A stretch of DNA of 64,000 nucleotides from Pachysolen tannophilus NRRL Y-2460. Taxonomy: Eukaryota. The notes below the pieces were generated by a model, which was given only the letters and a program-made list of their open reading frames with translations, was not told the origin of the DNA and ran no database searches. A program made the position numbers and the translations under genes. The DNA lies in contig KV454011.1 in the NCBI GenBank assembly GCA_001661245.1, positions 898,426 through 962,425 of the forward strand, written 5' to 3'. Every line of letters begins with the position of its first letter. Position 1 is the first letter of the stretch. Shown one piece after another: positions 25,442 through 36,856 of this stretch.

Positions 25442-28400
25442 CTATTTCTTACCAAAACCTTTAATGAAGCTGGCACCTTTGCCAACAACTTTCCCACCAG
25501 CGCCAACACCAGAACCGATAACTTTTCCACCAGCACCAACACCAGTACCAATGACTTTTCCACCAGCTCCGATACCAGAACCAATTAATTTGCCTCCAGC
25601 GGCACCTATGTTTCCCGCAAGATTGCCAGGGTCTTCGTGCAATAATACCAAATAGTGAGGTTCAAAGGTAAACCGCAATAAGACCTCACCAGCAGGTGAC
25701 TTCCCATCTTCTCCTACCAAAGGAACTTTTACCTCTGATGGTCCATCAATGCTGATATCTTTTAAATACAGAATACCATTACCAAGGATATCATCTGACT
25801 CGATACCAATATCCCAATCACTGGCTTTCACCAGAATAGTTGAATCGATTCTATTACCAATATCGATTACTGTGGTTTCATTAAAAGTTGGATTTAAAGT
25901 CTTCTTAATGGTCTTAGTTTTGAAGAATTCTTGTTCTTCATTATTTAAAAAAAGCTTAACATAAGGATCAGATTTACCATTGCTGTCTGCAGCAGGCAAA
26001 TCAGATGCTGACACTACCGTAACAGTTAATTTACCAATATTGGTAATAGAATCCTGTGGAGGTAATTGATCCATTGTCACTGGTACCCATCTTGTTCTAA
26101 GATGAATTTTAGCTCTGCTTGAGCCATTTAAAGTAACCACACTAGGGTTTTGGTAAGAGTTTTGTAATAATTGCTTAGTAGAAACTGTAACTTCACTAAT
26201 TGCAGGCTTCAATAAGTTCGATTGCTGCTTTTTGGCAACTCTGAATGTGATCGTTGAGTTTTGCAATTCTCTTACAAAATAATCTCCAGTAGTTCCGATT
26301 TTGTCATTTTTCCTATTGATCTCAGGAGATACATATTCAGGGAAACTCCTCTGGTCAAAGAAGGCCTGTAAGTATGTTCCAGTAACATCTACTTCGGCGC
26401 CAATTACTTCATAAACAAATACACCTTGACTGTAGTTCAATAACTCTTCTAAAGAAAGTTTTAATTTAGGTTGGTCATCGAAAAGAGTTTCCTCTGCAGT
26501 TTCTTTCTTAGTCTTTTTGCCCTTTTCACCTTTTGCTTCAGCTTCTGCAATTTCTTTTTCTATTCTCTTCTTTTCTGCCTGTTCTTTCTCATACTGTTCA
26601 ATTTCCTTAACGTCCATCACAGATAATGCTGGGTAAAATGACAAGGAGTACTCAACTGAACCTTTAGCACCTCTTCTTGGAGCAATTAGTCTACCTTCTC
26701 TTAACTCATCATCTTGATTTTGAATGTAGTTACCATCTTTCTTCTTAATAAGCTCATTCAACTTGACATCAAACGAACCTAAAGTACGGTCTTTTTGAAC
26801 TTTCTCCACATCCATTGCTTCAATCGTCAACCTTTGGTTAGGGGATGTCACAGTGACATATATTATTTCATTATAAACTGGATTTAAGGTAGAATCCTTC
26901 GGCAAGGTCCTACCTCTTTGAAAACCATTAAGCAATAAACGAACATAAGGATCAATTTTACCAACAGTTTCTAAATTACGTAAATCTTTAGCTTGCTTGA
27001 TAAAGACACGAACAACACCAATTGGATCGGAGTAACCGCCAGCACCACTAACATCTCTAATGCTGACTGGCTTCCAATTAGCTGTGATTTTGATTTCACC
27101 GCCATGTTCATTTTTCCTTAGTGGAAACCAAGTATTATCCACTTCTGCAGCATCTATCATATCGCTTAATTTGGTGACTAAAGCACCAACAAGTTCCTTT
27201 TTAGAATTTTTCACCAATACTTTAACGACTGATTTAACTTTGTTGGTAATGATATGCTCATAGGAAGAACCCCAGCTTGGAGATGTACCTTTAGTGGAGG
27301 ATGTAGTATAAACTAAATCTTTATTAATATAGAATTCCACGAAAGTAGCCAAGCTTTTAGCATTTTTGTCTTCAGGTGGAAGAAGGTTCTTAGCTTCATT
27401 AATTTCGAAACTAACAATACCAGTGTTCAATTCTGGAGGAGGTTCAAAAGAACCATCAAGCAATTTGCTTCCTTGCAAAACCTCCATGAATTCTAAATCA
27501 AAGTTTAATTGGCCAACTGGTTTGTTGTTGCGTAAAAATGGTAACTTGAGATTTGATTTCCTTGGATCGTCCAAAACGTGATTAAGGTCGTAATAAATAT
27601 TACCCAATTTTTGTGGTTTCTTAATACCATTATGATCGTACATTTCCATCATTAATGGTTCCGAAACGTTACTGATTAATAAATACAATTTTTCATTCCA
27701 AACAGGTGAAACTGTGTCTTCAATGGTACTAGTCTTGGCCAAAACTTTGCCGTTGAATCCTAACTCAATGTAAGGATCACAAGTATTACCAATAGTATCG
27801 AAACCTTTCAAGTTAGAGGCAGATTTAATTGTGATACCCAAGATACCAATTGAGCCTGTGATAGAATTACCAGCCAACAATTGTTGAAGATTCAACTGAA
27901 AAGACAAAGGACTAATCACTATAGGACCTGCATACTTCTTGATCATCCTGTTAATTAAGGGTAATAATCCTGGGACTGATAAAACTTCCCAATTAAAGAC
28001 CGTGGTACCCAACAATCTAGAGACAAAATCAATCTGTGGTACATCAACCAAAGAAACATTTACTAATTGAATATGAGGAAATGCATTTATCATCTTCAAT
28101 CTAACTCTAGCCAATGCTTTAAAAGAGACATTTTCCACCAAGACTTGAAGAGACAATCCAAATAATTTTGCTTTAGCAATTACTCTTTGATTGACTCTAT
28201 TTCTGGTCTGCTTCACGGTAGCATCATCCAAAGTATGTGGGGTGAATGAAAATCCAAATTCCATAACCACAACGTCTTCACTTGTCCTTGGAATAGTTCT
28301 AACAAGGTCAACTCTTGGAGGTTTTGTACCCGCAGTAAAAGAATCAATCCAAAGAGCTTTCACAAAATCCGGAATTGGCAGGGTAGCCAATATAGGATTC

Positions 28401-29285
28401 GCCTGTTCACAAACAATTTGAGATAAAGAAGGCTCCAAGAAAATCCAATATTTTTCCATAAAACAATTAAGCCAATCCATTGTTTCGTAATCATTTTCAA
28501 TATTCAAAACTGAAAATTCTCTTTGAGCCTGATCACGTATTAATGATCTATACTTCCGGATAGAAGTACGATACAGAATAGAAAATAACAAGATTATATA
28601 AAACAAAGGAGCAACAGAAAACTTCAACTTACCAATTAAAAACGAAATTATACCACCTAGCCCCAATAAGACTACCGAATGATACCAGTCACCGTAAAAC
28701 TTATCTGGAAGGTATTCATCCAATAAAGTTGCCCTACTCAACAAATCAACCAATTCATCATCTGGCGTTAACACATCTTCCTCCTGCCAACCACCAACTT
28801 CTTTCCATCCTCTAAAAGTAGGAGCAATTGTCTCTCTCTTTGGGCGCTCTGCCGCTACAATGACCTCGGGATCAATAGTTTTGCTCTCCTGCTTCACAGA
28901 AGCTTTACCTTTAAAAGTATCGCTCCTGGAAGCATTGCTTTTAGATGCATTGCTCTTTTTAGCAGAGGCATCGCTATTGGAAGCATTCCTCTTGGAAGCT
29001 TCATCTTTAATAATATCAGGTTGCTATCTATATCGTTAGTAACTTCTATCCTTTCTTTAAAATATACTTCAAATCAGTTTTTTAGTTTCAAATCATATAA
29101 ACGTACCTTAACAACAGGTTGGGTGTGCAGCTATAAAAGACAAAAATCATGCAGCAGTTAGTATCAAAACTAATATTAACTTAAATTGAAATAAATAAAT
29201 AAATAAATAAAAAAAAAAAAAAAAATGGTTCAATTCAAACCAATAGTTCAATCCATAAAACTTATAAACTTACATTCGTAGCCAT
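25442..29285 (-). CDS. TCB1: Tricalbin (SMP + multiple C2 domains), Tcb1/Tcb2 type; exons 29285-29274, 29130-29107, 29023-25442 (~1205 aa)
   Basis: GWKEVGGW, TM hairpin, SMP (ETMDWLN..FTAGTKPPR), C2 motifs (DPYI, KIDPYV, ADSNGKSDPYV, DWD); two 5' micro-exons supply the ATG in frame. Confidence 0.85.
29024..29106 (-). other. TCB intron 2 (83 nt)
   Basis: GTACGT donor at 29106, TACTAAC at 29041-29035, TAGATAG acceptor; the distal AG keeps the frame. Confidence 0.85.
29131..29273 (-). other. TCB intron 1 (143 nt)
   Basis: GTAAGT donor at 29273, TACTAAC at 29163-29157, TTTTATAG acceptor. Confidence 0.85.
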
Positions 29286-29515
29286 ATTCAGCAGTAATAT
29301 ATCCTTTCAATTGACATCCAATTCAAATATAAATTGTAATTTCATTTATCATATTATTAAAGTGAAATAGCAATTATAGAAACTTCATTTACAATGTGCG
29401 TGCGCTTCTTAAAAGATAAAAGTTAATCGTTTTATCACTACTTTTTTTTTCAGTAGAAGTTGATTGATTGGAAAGTCGACCAAAGATAATAGCTGGAGTT
29501 AGAGCTTTGAGGAGG

Positions 29516-30397
29516 ATGTGGAGAAGGTTATTGTCGAGTAGCCTGAGTTGTGGGTTTAGTCCGTTGGTGCTGGGGTCTAAGATTAAGCATTATCATTTTC
29601 AAGGTGTCAGGCCGTACTTGGAAGGTGACTTGATTCAAGAATGGCTTGTATCGAGTTTCTTGAAAACCAAGGAATATCAGTTATATAGCAGAAATCCTGC
29701 AAAGAATGAGTTCAAGTTATTGAGTTTACCAGAGCCGGTTGAAGAATTGTATAAGAGCCAGGCAATTCTTTCGTTTGAATTTGAATCTACTTATACTGCT
29801 GGGAAAAGAGAGAAAATTAATCATAATCAACCTTTAAAATTTCAAAAATTGCAACTGGAAAAGAATATCAAGTTAATCCAGACTTCAAGAGGAGGCCAAA
29901 TTACTTATCATGGTCCTGGTCAGTGTGTCATATACCCGATACTAGATCTCTCACTTTTTAAGAAATTAACTTCTAAATGTTATGTATCCACAATTGAAAA
30001 AACCATGAAACTGGTGCTACAGAATAGATTTGGTATATCAACAATAACAAATGAGAATACAGGTATATGGATCGACGATAATTTAAAAATTTCATCTATT
30101 GGATGTAATGTCAGGAGATGGATAACTTCTCATGGAATTAGTGTCAATGTAAACCCTGATTTGAAGTTTATGAACGATGAAGATTTAGTGATATGTGGAT
30201 TACCTGGTAAAAGACAAACTTCAATTAAAGAACAATTACAATGTAAAGATACAGATTTGGATTTATTTGAAGTTGCCACGATTTTCAGTGATAAACTAGC
30301 TAATAAATTAGGTGTAAGTGATGTAGAGCATTATAAAGTTGAAAAAAGATTTAATAATACCAATGTCAATGAACTTAAAAACTTATTCTTTTCTTGA
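29516..30397 (+). CDS. LIP2: Mitochondrial lipoyl(octanoyl) transferase Lip2
   Basis: Arg-rich presequence MWRRLLSS; FEFESTYTAGKR, RGGQITYHGPGQ, KISSIG, TSHG, CGL. Confidence 0.92.
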   Translation: MWRRLLSSSLSCGFSPLVLGSKIKHYHFQGVRPYLEGDLIQEWLVSSFLKTKEYQLYSRNPAKNEFKLLSLPEPVEELYKSQAILSFEFESTYTAGKREKINHNQPLKFQKLQLEKNIKLIQTSRGGQITYHGPGQCVIYPILDLSLFKKLTSKCYVSTIEKTMKLVLQNRFGISTITNENTGIWIDDNLKISSIGCNVRRWITSHGISVNVNPDLKFMNDEDLVICGLPGKRQTSIKEQLQCKDTDLDLFEVATIFSDKLANKLGVSDVEHYKVEKRFNNTNVNELKNLFFS

Positions 30398-30647
30398 ATA
30401 TAGCATTTCATTTTATAAGTAAAATAATCGAAAAAATAAAGGGAATAACTAGTCATTATAGTTGTAAACCATTGTATATATCCCTAAGTATCGTAAATAA
30501 ATAAATGAAGAAAAAATACTGTAAACTAATTTAAAAATTTAAAAAGTTTTAAAAAAAAAAATAGTAAAAATGAAAAAGAATGACAAAAAAGTATATAATT
30601 ATTTTTCCACCTCATAACTAACTATACTCAATAATAATTTTTTAATT

Positions 30648-32531
30648 TTAATTGCAATTTCCATTATGAACAATTGATATCCCAATAAATACGCCTACTA
30701 TTAATGCAACACCTGTATTTATTGCAGTTTGATAATTCTTAATAGAAGTGATAGTATCACCTTTGTTTCTTTCTTTCTTTATATCATTTTTTTCCAGTTT
30801 TTGCATTACCATCGAAGATGTCAGTGATGTAATCGGTGTGATCGACTGACAATTCGAAGAATTTTCTGCATCATTACTTTCATTACTTTCTGCAACATTA
30901 GAAGTGAGGACGTCTTCGGTATTATCAGAATCAGTACCAAACTTTTCAGTTGATAATAGGTGCAGAATTTGTGAATCATTACTAATATTAATTTCAAATT
31001 TCTTTCTATCTTCTTCGGCGATATGAATACCTTCAATCTTTATTGTGTTTTTCCTACCATTTCTCTTTCTTAGATTGTTTGTTGTTCCTTGTAATGATGT
31101 AGTCTTAGCTGCCGCTGTACTATTTCCCTCTAATTCTTCTCCTATATTATTATTGGTGATATCGGGATCGTCATCAGCATTTTTATTGTTATTGATATTA
31201 TGACCAAATCCATTTTCAAGTTGAGTTGATCTTGATGTTTCTTCTTCTTCTTCTTCTTCTTCTTTTTCTTTTTCTTTTTCTTTTTCCTTCTCTTTTTCTC
31301 TTCTTTCCGCAAGATATTTTCCATTTAATTCATTATAATCATTCACTAATTTCTCATGTTGTTTATCTTTCAAATTCATTAATTCAATTTTTTCTTTTAA
31401 ATCATTTCTTGTCAGTAATAATTCGTCTTCAACATTTTTGAAGGTGTTATTTAAAGAATCATATTCTGTAGTTTTATAATTTAATTCATTATTCAATTTT
31501 TCCAAATTAGAATCTTGTTCTTCTATTTTCGAAAGTAAAGAATGAATATAATCTTTATTTTTATTTTCAATAGCCTCTTCAAAACTATTTAAATTATCGT
31601 TATAGGCTGACAAAAATTTATAAATATTGTTCAATTTTTTTTGTTGTAAAAACTCGCTATTAATAGCAATCAATACCTGCCTGATTGTTTCTTCTAATTT
31701 TGATGAATTTTTAATATTTGAAGACGGAAATAACCCACTTATAGATAAATTTGGTTCAATTTTAGCAATATCTTCATCATTTGTCAATGATACCAATATA
31801 CTATCCTCATGTAATTCATTAACTATATCACCAAATATCAAAGCATCCATTGCATCATGGAAAAATTGCTTGTTATTAATACCATTTTGATTTCCATTTT
31901 TATCTGTATTCCCTTTATTCAACCCTACTGAAATTAACTCCTCATAATCTTTTAAACTCATCAAAATCAAATCAACAATTTCACAACTTATCTTCCTATG
32001 AGCAGTTTGATTCTCCAAATTTGAACCTAGATCAAATTTATCATGCAATTTTAATTCGTATATATTAAAAGGTTCAATTTGTTTTTCATTTATATATGTA
32101 CCATTTGATGATTTCAAATCTCGAATATATAACTTATTGTTATCAATGAATATCTCAGCATGGTTTCTAGATAAAACTCTTGAATCAAAAAACCCATTTG
32201 TAGTTTCAGATTGTATTTTAGATCCACCAGGTCTACCTAATTTCAAAGTTTCAGGGAATTTTGGAACTATTAACGTCTTTGTATCAAATGTATTATTCAA
32301 CGAATTTAATTTTAGCACCCATATAGAAAGTTCCAAACTTGGAGTTAAATCATTAGAAGATGAATTTCTCAATGATAACTGCTCTTTATCATGTGAATTC
32401 GTAGGATTATAATTTGAATATGTCTTTGAAGACGATCTTTTCCTTGATAAAACTTTTGGATGTTGACTGGCTTGTTGCTGTTGCTGTTGCTGTTGCTGAT
32501 AATGAGACTTATTGCTGCTGGAATTGATCAT
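30648..32531 (-). CDS. FAR10: FHA-domain, coiled-coil, tail-anchored protein Far10/Vps64 (SLMAP-like)
   Basis: LKLGRP...NGFFDSRVLSRNHA...DLKSSNGTYIN FHA; coiled coil; C-terminal TM; adjacent to LIP2 as in S. cerevisiae. Confidence 0.85.
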   Translation of the reverse strand: MINSSSNKSHYQQQQQQQQQASQHPKVLSRKRSSSKTYSNYNPTNSHDKEQLSLRNSSSNDLTPSLELSIWVLKLNSLNNTFDTKTLIVPKFPETLKLGRPGGSKIQSETTNGFFDSRVLSRNHAEIFIDNNKLYIRDLKSSNGTYINEKQIEPFNIYELKLHDKFDLGSNLENQTAHRKISCEIVDLILMSLKDYEELISVGLNKGNTDKNGNQNGINNKQFFHDAMDALIFGDIVNELHEDSILVSLTNDEDIAKIEPNLSISGLFPSSNIKNSSKLEETIRQVLIAINSEFLQQKKLNNIYKFLSAYNDNLNSFEEAIENKNKDYIHSLLSKIEEQDSNLEKLNNELNYKTTEYDSLNNTFKNVEDELLLTRNDLKEKIELMNLKDKQHEKLVNDYNELNGKYLAERREKEKEKEKEKEKEEEEEEEETSRSTQLENGFGHNINNNKNADDDPDITNNNIGEELEGNSTAAAKTTSLQGTTNNLRKRNGRKNTIKIEGIHIAEEDRKKFEINISNDSQILHLLSTEKFGTDSDNTEDVLTSNVAESNESNDAENSSNCQSITPITSLTSSMVMQKLEKNDIKKERNKGDTITSIKNYQTAINTGVALIVGVFIGISIVHNGNCN

Positions 32532-32947
32532 TCTCTAATTTGAATTTTTTTATTTAGCTCATGAGAAAATCATAAAATCAATACCTCAAATCAATCTTCA
32601 CTTATCAGAAGAGAACAAGAAGGGGGAAAAAAAAGGAAAATGTTTAAAAAAAAAATCAAATCAAATCAAATCAAATCAATTCAAATCAAAATAAAGCAAG
32701 AATAAACACAAGATTTTTTTATTCAAATATAATGAATATGAAAAGAAAGTAGTTACTTTTTCTATTATATAATAAAGTATGAAGATAAACAAAAACTTGT
32801 TATTAAAGATCTATTAGAACTATTAACTTGATGAAGATTTATAAAGACGTAAATAATAATAATAATAAAATTCTATTTAGTCACAAAATATAAATTTATT
32901 GTGTGATACGCGCACTACCTTCTTCTAGGAGGGTTTGGAAATGGAAG

Positions 32948-34417
32948 TCATATGGAACTGTTTTCAATCAAGGTAAAACCTTTGTTCAAGGTGTCTACTG
33001 CAAATAGGACTTCTTGGAAGGTGTTGTAGAGGGGAACTGGAGCTATGCGGATAACGTCTGGTCTTCTTTCGTCGCAGATTATACCGTTTTCCTTGTTGAG
33101 ATAAGTGGCCATTTTTTCCATGATATTTTTGTGTGGATCGTCGTAATGAGGGAAGAATAATAATGATAGTTGGCATCCCCTTTGATCTTGTTTGGAAGGT
33201 GTTATAATTGTAAATCCTGGACGTTGAGAAGAGTTTTTGAAAGAGTTTTCAACTGAGATGTAATAAGGAGATTTTTGTAATAGTTCTTCCATAAAATTTG
33301 TTAATGCTATACTTTTCTGTCTTAATTTTTCAACACCTCCATATTTTGCAAAAATTTGTAAAGACAGCTTTAAAGCTACAACGTCAATAACACTTGGATT
33401 TGATTGTCTAAACCCCAATGCACCTTCGATTGGATCGAATTTCTCCAACATTTTGAATCTTTCAGAAGAGTTGTTGCCCCACCAGCCAGCTAATCTTGGT
33501 ATATCTCTTTCTTTAGTGAGAGTGGAAGTATCAGCAGAAACATCAGTAACAGAAGACCATTTTTCATGGACGAATATTCCACCAATTGCACCAGGACCAG
33601 AATTAAGGTACTTATAAGAGCACCATGCGGCAAAATCCACTTTCCAATCATGAAGTTTCAATTCAACATTACCAACACAATGTGCCAAATCCCAGCCTAC
33701 AATGATTCCCTTTGAATGAGCAAATTCAGTAATTTTGGCAATTTCGAAAAATTGACCAGTATAATATTGAATACCTGGGAAACAAACAAGAGCCAATTCA
33801 TTTTGTAAATCATTGATTTTCATCAAGATATCTTCTGTTCTTATTGTATATTCACCTTCACGAGGTGCTATTTGTATTAATTCTTCCAGTGGATCCAAAT
33901 TGTGTAATTTCACTTGATTATAAAAAGCATAATAATCAGATGGGAAAGCACTTTTTTCAAATAAAATTTTGGTCTTCCCTGTTACCTTGTTAGGCTTATA
34001 AAAACAACATAACAATGCATTCAAATCCATAGTCAATGTCCCCATAGCTGCAACTTCTTTTTCCTTGGCCCCAACGATAGGGCTTAACAATGGTACCACA
34101 GGTAAATCAATATCTACCCATGGAGTCTTATTGTTACCTGGATGTCTAAAATGAGACTCAACACCCCTTGCAGACCAAGCATCTAGCTCATCATTGATTG
34201 CCAGTCGCACCGACTTGGGCATTAACCCAAGAGAATTACCACAAAGATATATTGAAGAATGAGCTCCAGAACGTGGAAATGGTAATGCCGAAAGACTAGA
34301 AGGCCGAATATCTAATGATTCCAACGTAGGAATATTAAACTCATCTTTATAAGTACCAAACTCGGCATCCAACTCAACCGCCTTGTTGTGAAATAAAGAA
34401 GTAATTTTTTCCGCCAT
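32948..34417 (-). CDS. BNA5: Kynureninase
   Basis: [37 protein letters not shown] (PLP lysine), RLAGWWG. Confidence 0.96.
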   Translation of the reverse strand: MAEKITSLFHNKAVELDAEFGTYKDEFNIPTLESLDIRPSSLSALPFPRSGAHSSIYLCGNSLGLMPKSVRLAINDELDAWSARGVESHFRHPGNNKTPWVDIDLPVVPLLSPIVGAKEKEVAAMGTLTMDLNALLCCFYKPNKVTGKTKILFEKSAFPSDYYAFYNQVKLHNLDPLEELIQIAPREGEYTIRTEDILMKINDLQNELALVCFPGIQYYTGQFFEIAKITEFAHSKGIIVGWDLAHCVGNVELKLHDWKVDFAAWCSYKYLNSGPGAIGGIFVHEKWSSVTDVSADTSTLTKERDIPRLAGWWGNNSSERFKMLEKFDPIEGALGFRQSNPSVIDVVALKLSLQIFAKYGGVEKLRQKSIALTNFMEELLQKSPYYISVENSFKNSSQRPGFTIITPSKQDQRGCQLSLLFFPHYDDPHKNIMEKMATYLNKENGIICDERRPDVIRIAPVPLYNTFQEVLFAVDTLNKGFTLIENSSI

Positions 34418-34451
34418 CTACAGATACACTTTCCTATTCTAATTTCGTTTA

Positions 34452-34486
<35 letters not shown>

Positions 34487-35630
34487 TATCTATCTTTGAT
34501 TTGTGCTTAATAATTTTTTTTGTAATTTATTTTTTTTTTTAGGATTTTTTTTTTTAAAAAAATACTGAAAAATTTCTACCGGTGAACATTTTTAGTTAAA
34601 ATCATCAAATAGATTTAATTAATATTATTACAGTTACTGAGAAAATGGTCTCATCCAGAGAATTGAATGCTGGCAGCTGCAATTTTGATGATATATGTCT
34701 CAATTCTGTGCTGATATGCCGGAATCTAATTTTGAGTTTCCAAAAAGCTGAATCAATAAGCAATTGCTTTGCATAATGAAAAAACAGTTTTGTAAATATT
34801 ATTTAATTGAATTTTTTTTTTTTTATTTTTTTTTTATTTTCGGAACTCATATGCTTATTCTCTAATTATCGGTTTCATATGGGGAAGACGGAAATGAGCC
34901 TTCATTATTACAACCTCAAAATTAACTACTGCATTTATTGTATAATTAGTATAGCTTACTTTATGGTCGCATTAGTGCGAGAGGCTCTGCTAAGCGTTGA
35001 GGGAATCAATTGAAATATAATTAACATGTATATACATATAGGTCTACATAATTTTTTTTTTTCTATTCTTGTCTTACGACTTTGGTTGTTCTTTGATATA
35101 TATCTGCAAGCTCAGCGAATTCAGCCTTCTCAATTTATAGGTGAGAATATTAAATTAGAAACCAAAAAGCCTTATTAAACACATTTGAAAATTTCATTTG
35201 GTTAATGATTACATCTTTACCTCTTAAGAGTGGTGTGAAAGATAGTATCAATGATTGATTGAAAGTATTAAATAACAAAAATGTTAATTTATACTACTAT
35301 CTCATGGAACGCACGATTTTAGAAATAAGATCTGAAAAGTATTAAAGTGTGTCTCGGTATAGATGTAGATTGTAAATGGTATTATTATCAAGGTAATGGC
35401 GATCTAAAAGCGAAAGAAAGAAAGAAAAGATAACCCATCATGAGTGATTCATGCACAAATTCTAAAACTTGATGTGAAGTAACTTGAAATAACCTTGGAG
35501 ATAAAACGATGATGATTTTAAATAATATTTGAATTTTTTTGAAGAATTATTACCGCTGCTGGAGCAGAATAAGTTTTTACATCAACTAATTGATCAATCC
35601 GTAATAATTCTTTAATCTGAATCCAGTTTT

Positions 35631-35662
<32 letters not shown>

Positions 35663-36856
35663 TGGCTTCTGGCTTTTGGCTTCTGATGAGATGCTTGGTC
35701 TTCAACAGCTCAACAACTTTCTATGTAATTACTCTTAATTTCTTTTAAGTTAACTTTTCACGAAGCCCAATGGTTTATAAAGTAGCTAGCTTATTTACTT
35801 ACACACAGAAAAACATGCAAAGGATGCATTACCAAGTTCTTTTGGTATTTTATAAATTTTCAACTCAGGGTCTTAAAGATTATATACGATCAAGCAATGG
35901 TACCATGTGCGTCCGTTCTAATAACAGGGTCTTTTATTATTAAAACACCGTTTTTTTTTTTGTATTTTTTGTATTTTTTTCTTTTTGCAAGAGAGAGAGA
36001 GAGATGACTACTAAACACGTTTTAAATCCTCTAGTTAGTTAACGAAAGAAAAGCTAAACGGTTTTCTTTTAATAGAAGAACTTACATTCCAAGTACATGA
36101 GTCCAGAATTCAACTGATCTATCTATCAATGCTGTTAATTGCTCTAGCACTTCAAGCAATAGCAAGAAATAGTTAACCACCACTTGTAGAATAAGATGAA
36201 GAAAGGGTCTTTTAAAAAAAAAAATATACTTTCCAAAGTGTATGTATATGATTCGAGACATAAACCAGTAACTAGCTGCTATGTTTTTTACTACATTTAC
36301 AATTACTGCTTTACAAAGATGCATCGCTTAACTCTTATTTTAAGCATTTAGTTTATTTTAAACATACGAATAAATGCACAAAAAATTTTACCAAAATTTT
36401 CAAGGCGTCAAACTACATCAATTAAAGTAATTATCTATCCGTTCCTCCAAATTTTCAATGGAGTAATCAATGTTTGCTTTATTCGCCATTTATGGAACCA
36501 TTCGTCATTTGGCTATTCTTTTGTACCCACGTGTGATCCGAAAAACAAAACACAAACACAAATACAAAAATAAACATAAACATAAAAATAAACACATGAC
36601 GTAGGAATGGGGTAGGGGGGATAAAACATTTGGGAACGGTTATTGAATTCTAGTGCGTACACTCGCGTGTGACTCTTACGTCATTTCGTTTCAAAAGGAA
36701 AGTGAAAAAAAATTATGCAATTTTATACTAATAATTATACTCTAACAAAACAGGAAAAAAAAAAATATAGAAGTAATATATATTTATAAAAAAGAAAAAG
36801 AAAAAGAAAATTCCTAAAAAAGAAAGAAATTAAACGAACAAAACAATGCTGACTAA

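Noticed and set aside
35509..35620. ATGATGA...CTGA with ATTACCGCTGCTGG resembling 18S antisense (C/D snoRNA)
   Set aside because: The rRNA match needs a 3-nt gap and is not adjacent to a D box; no terminal stem.
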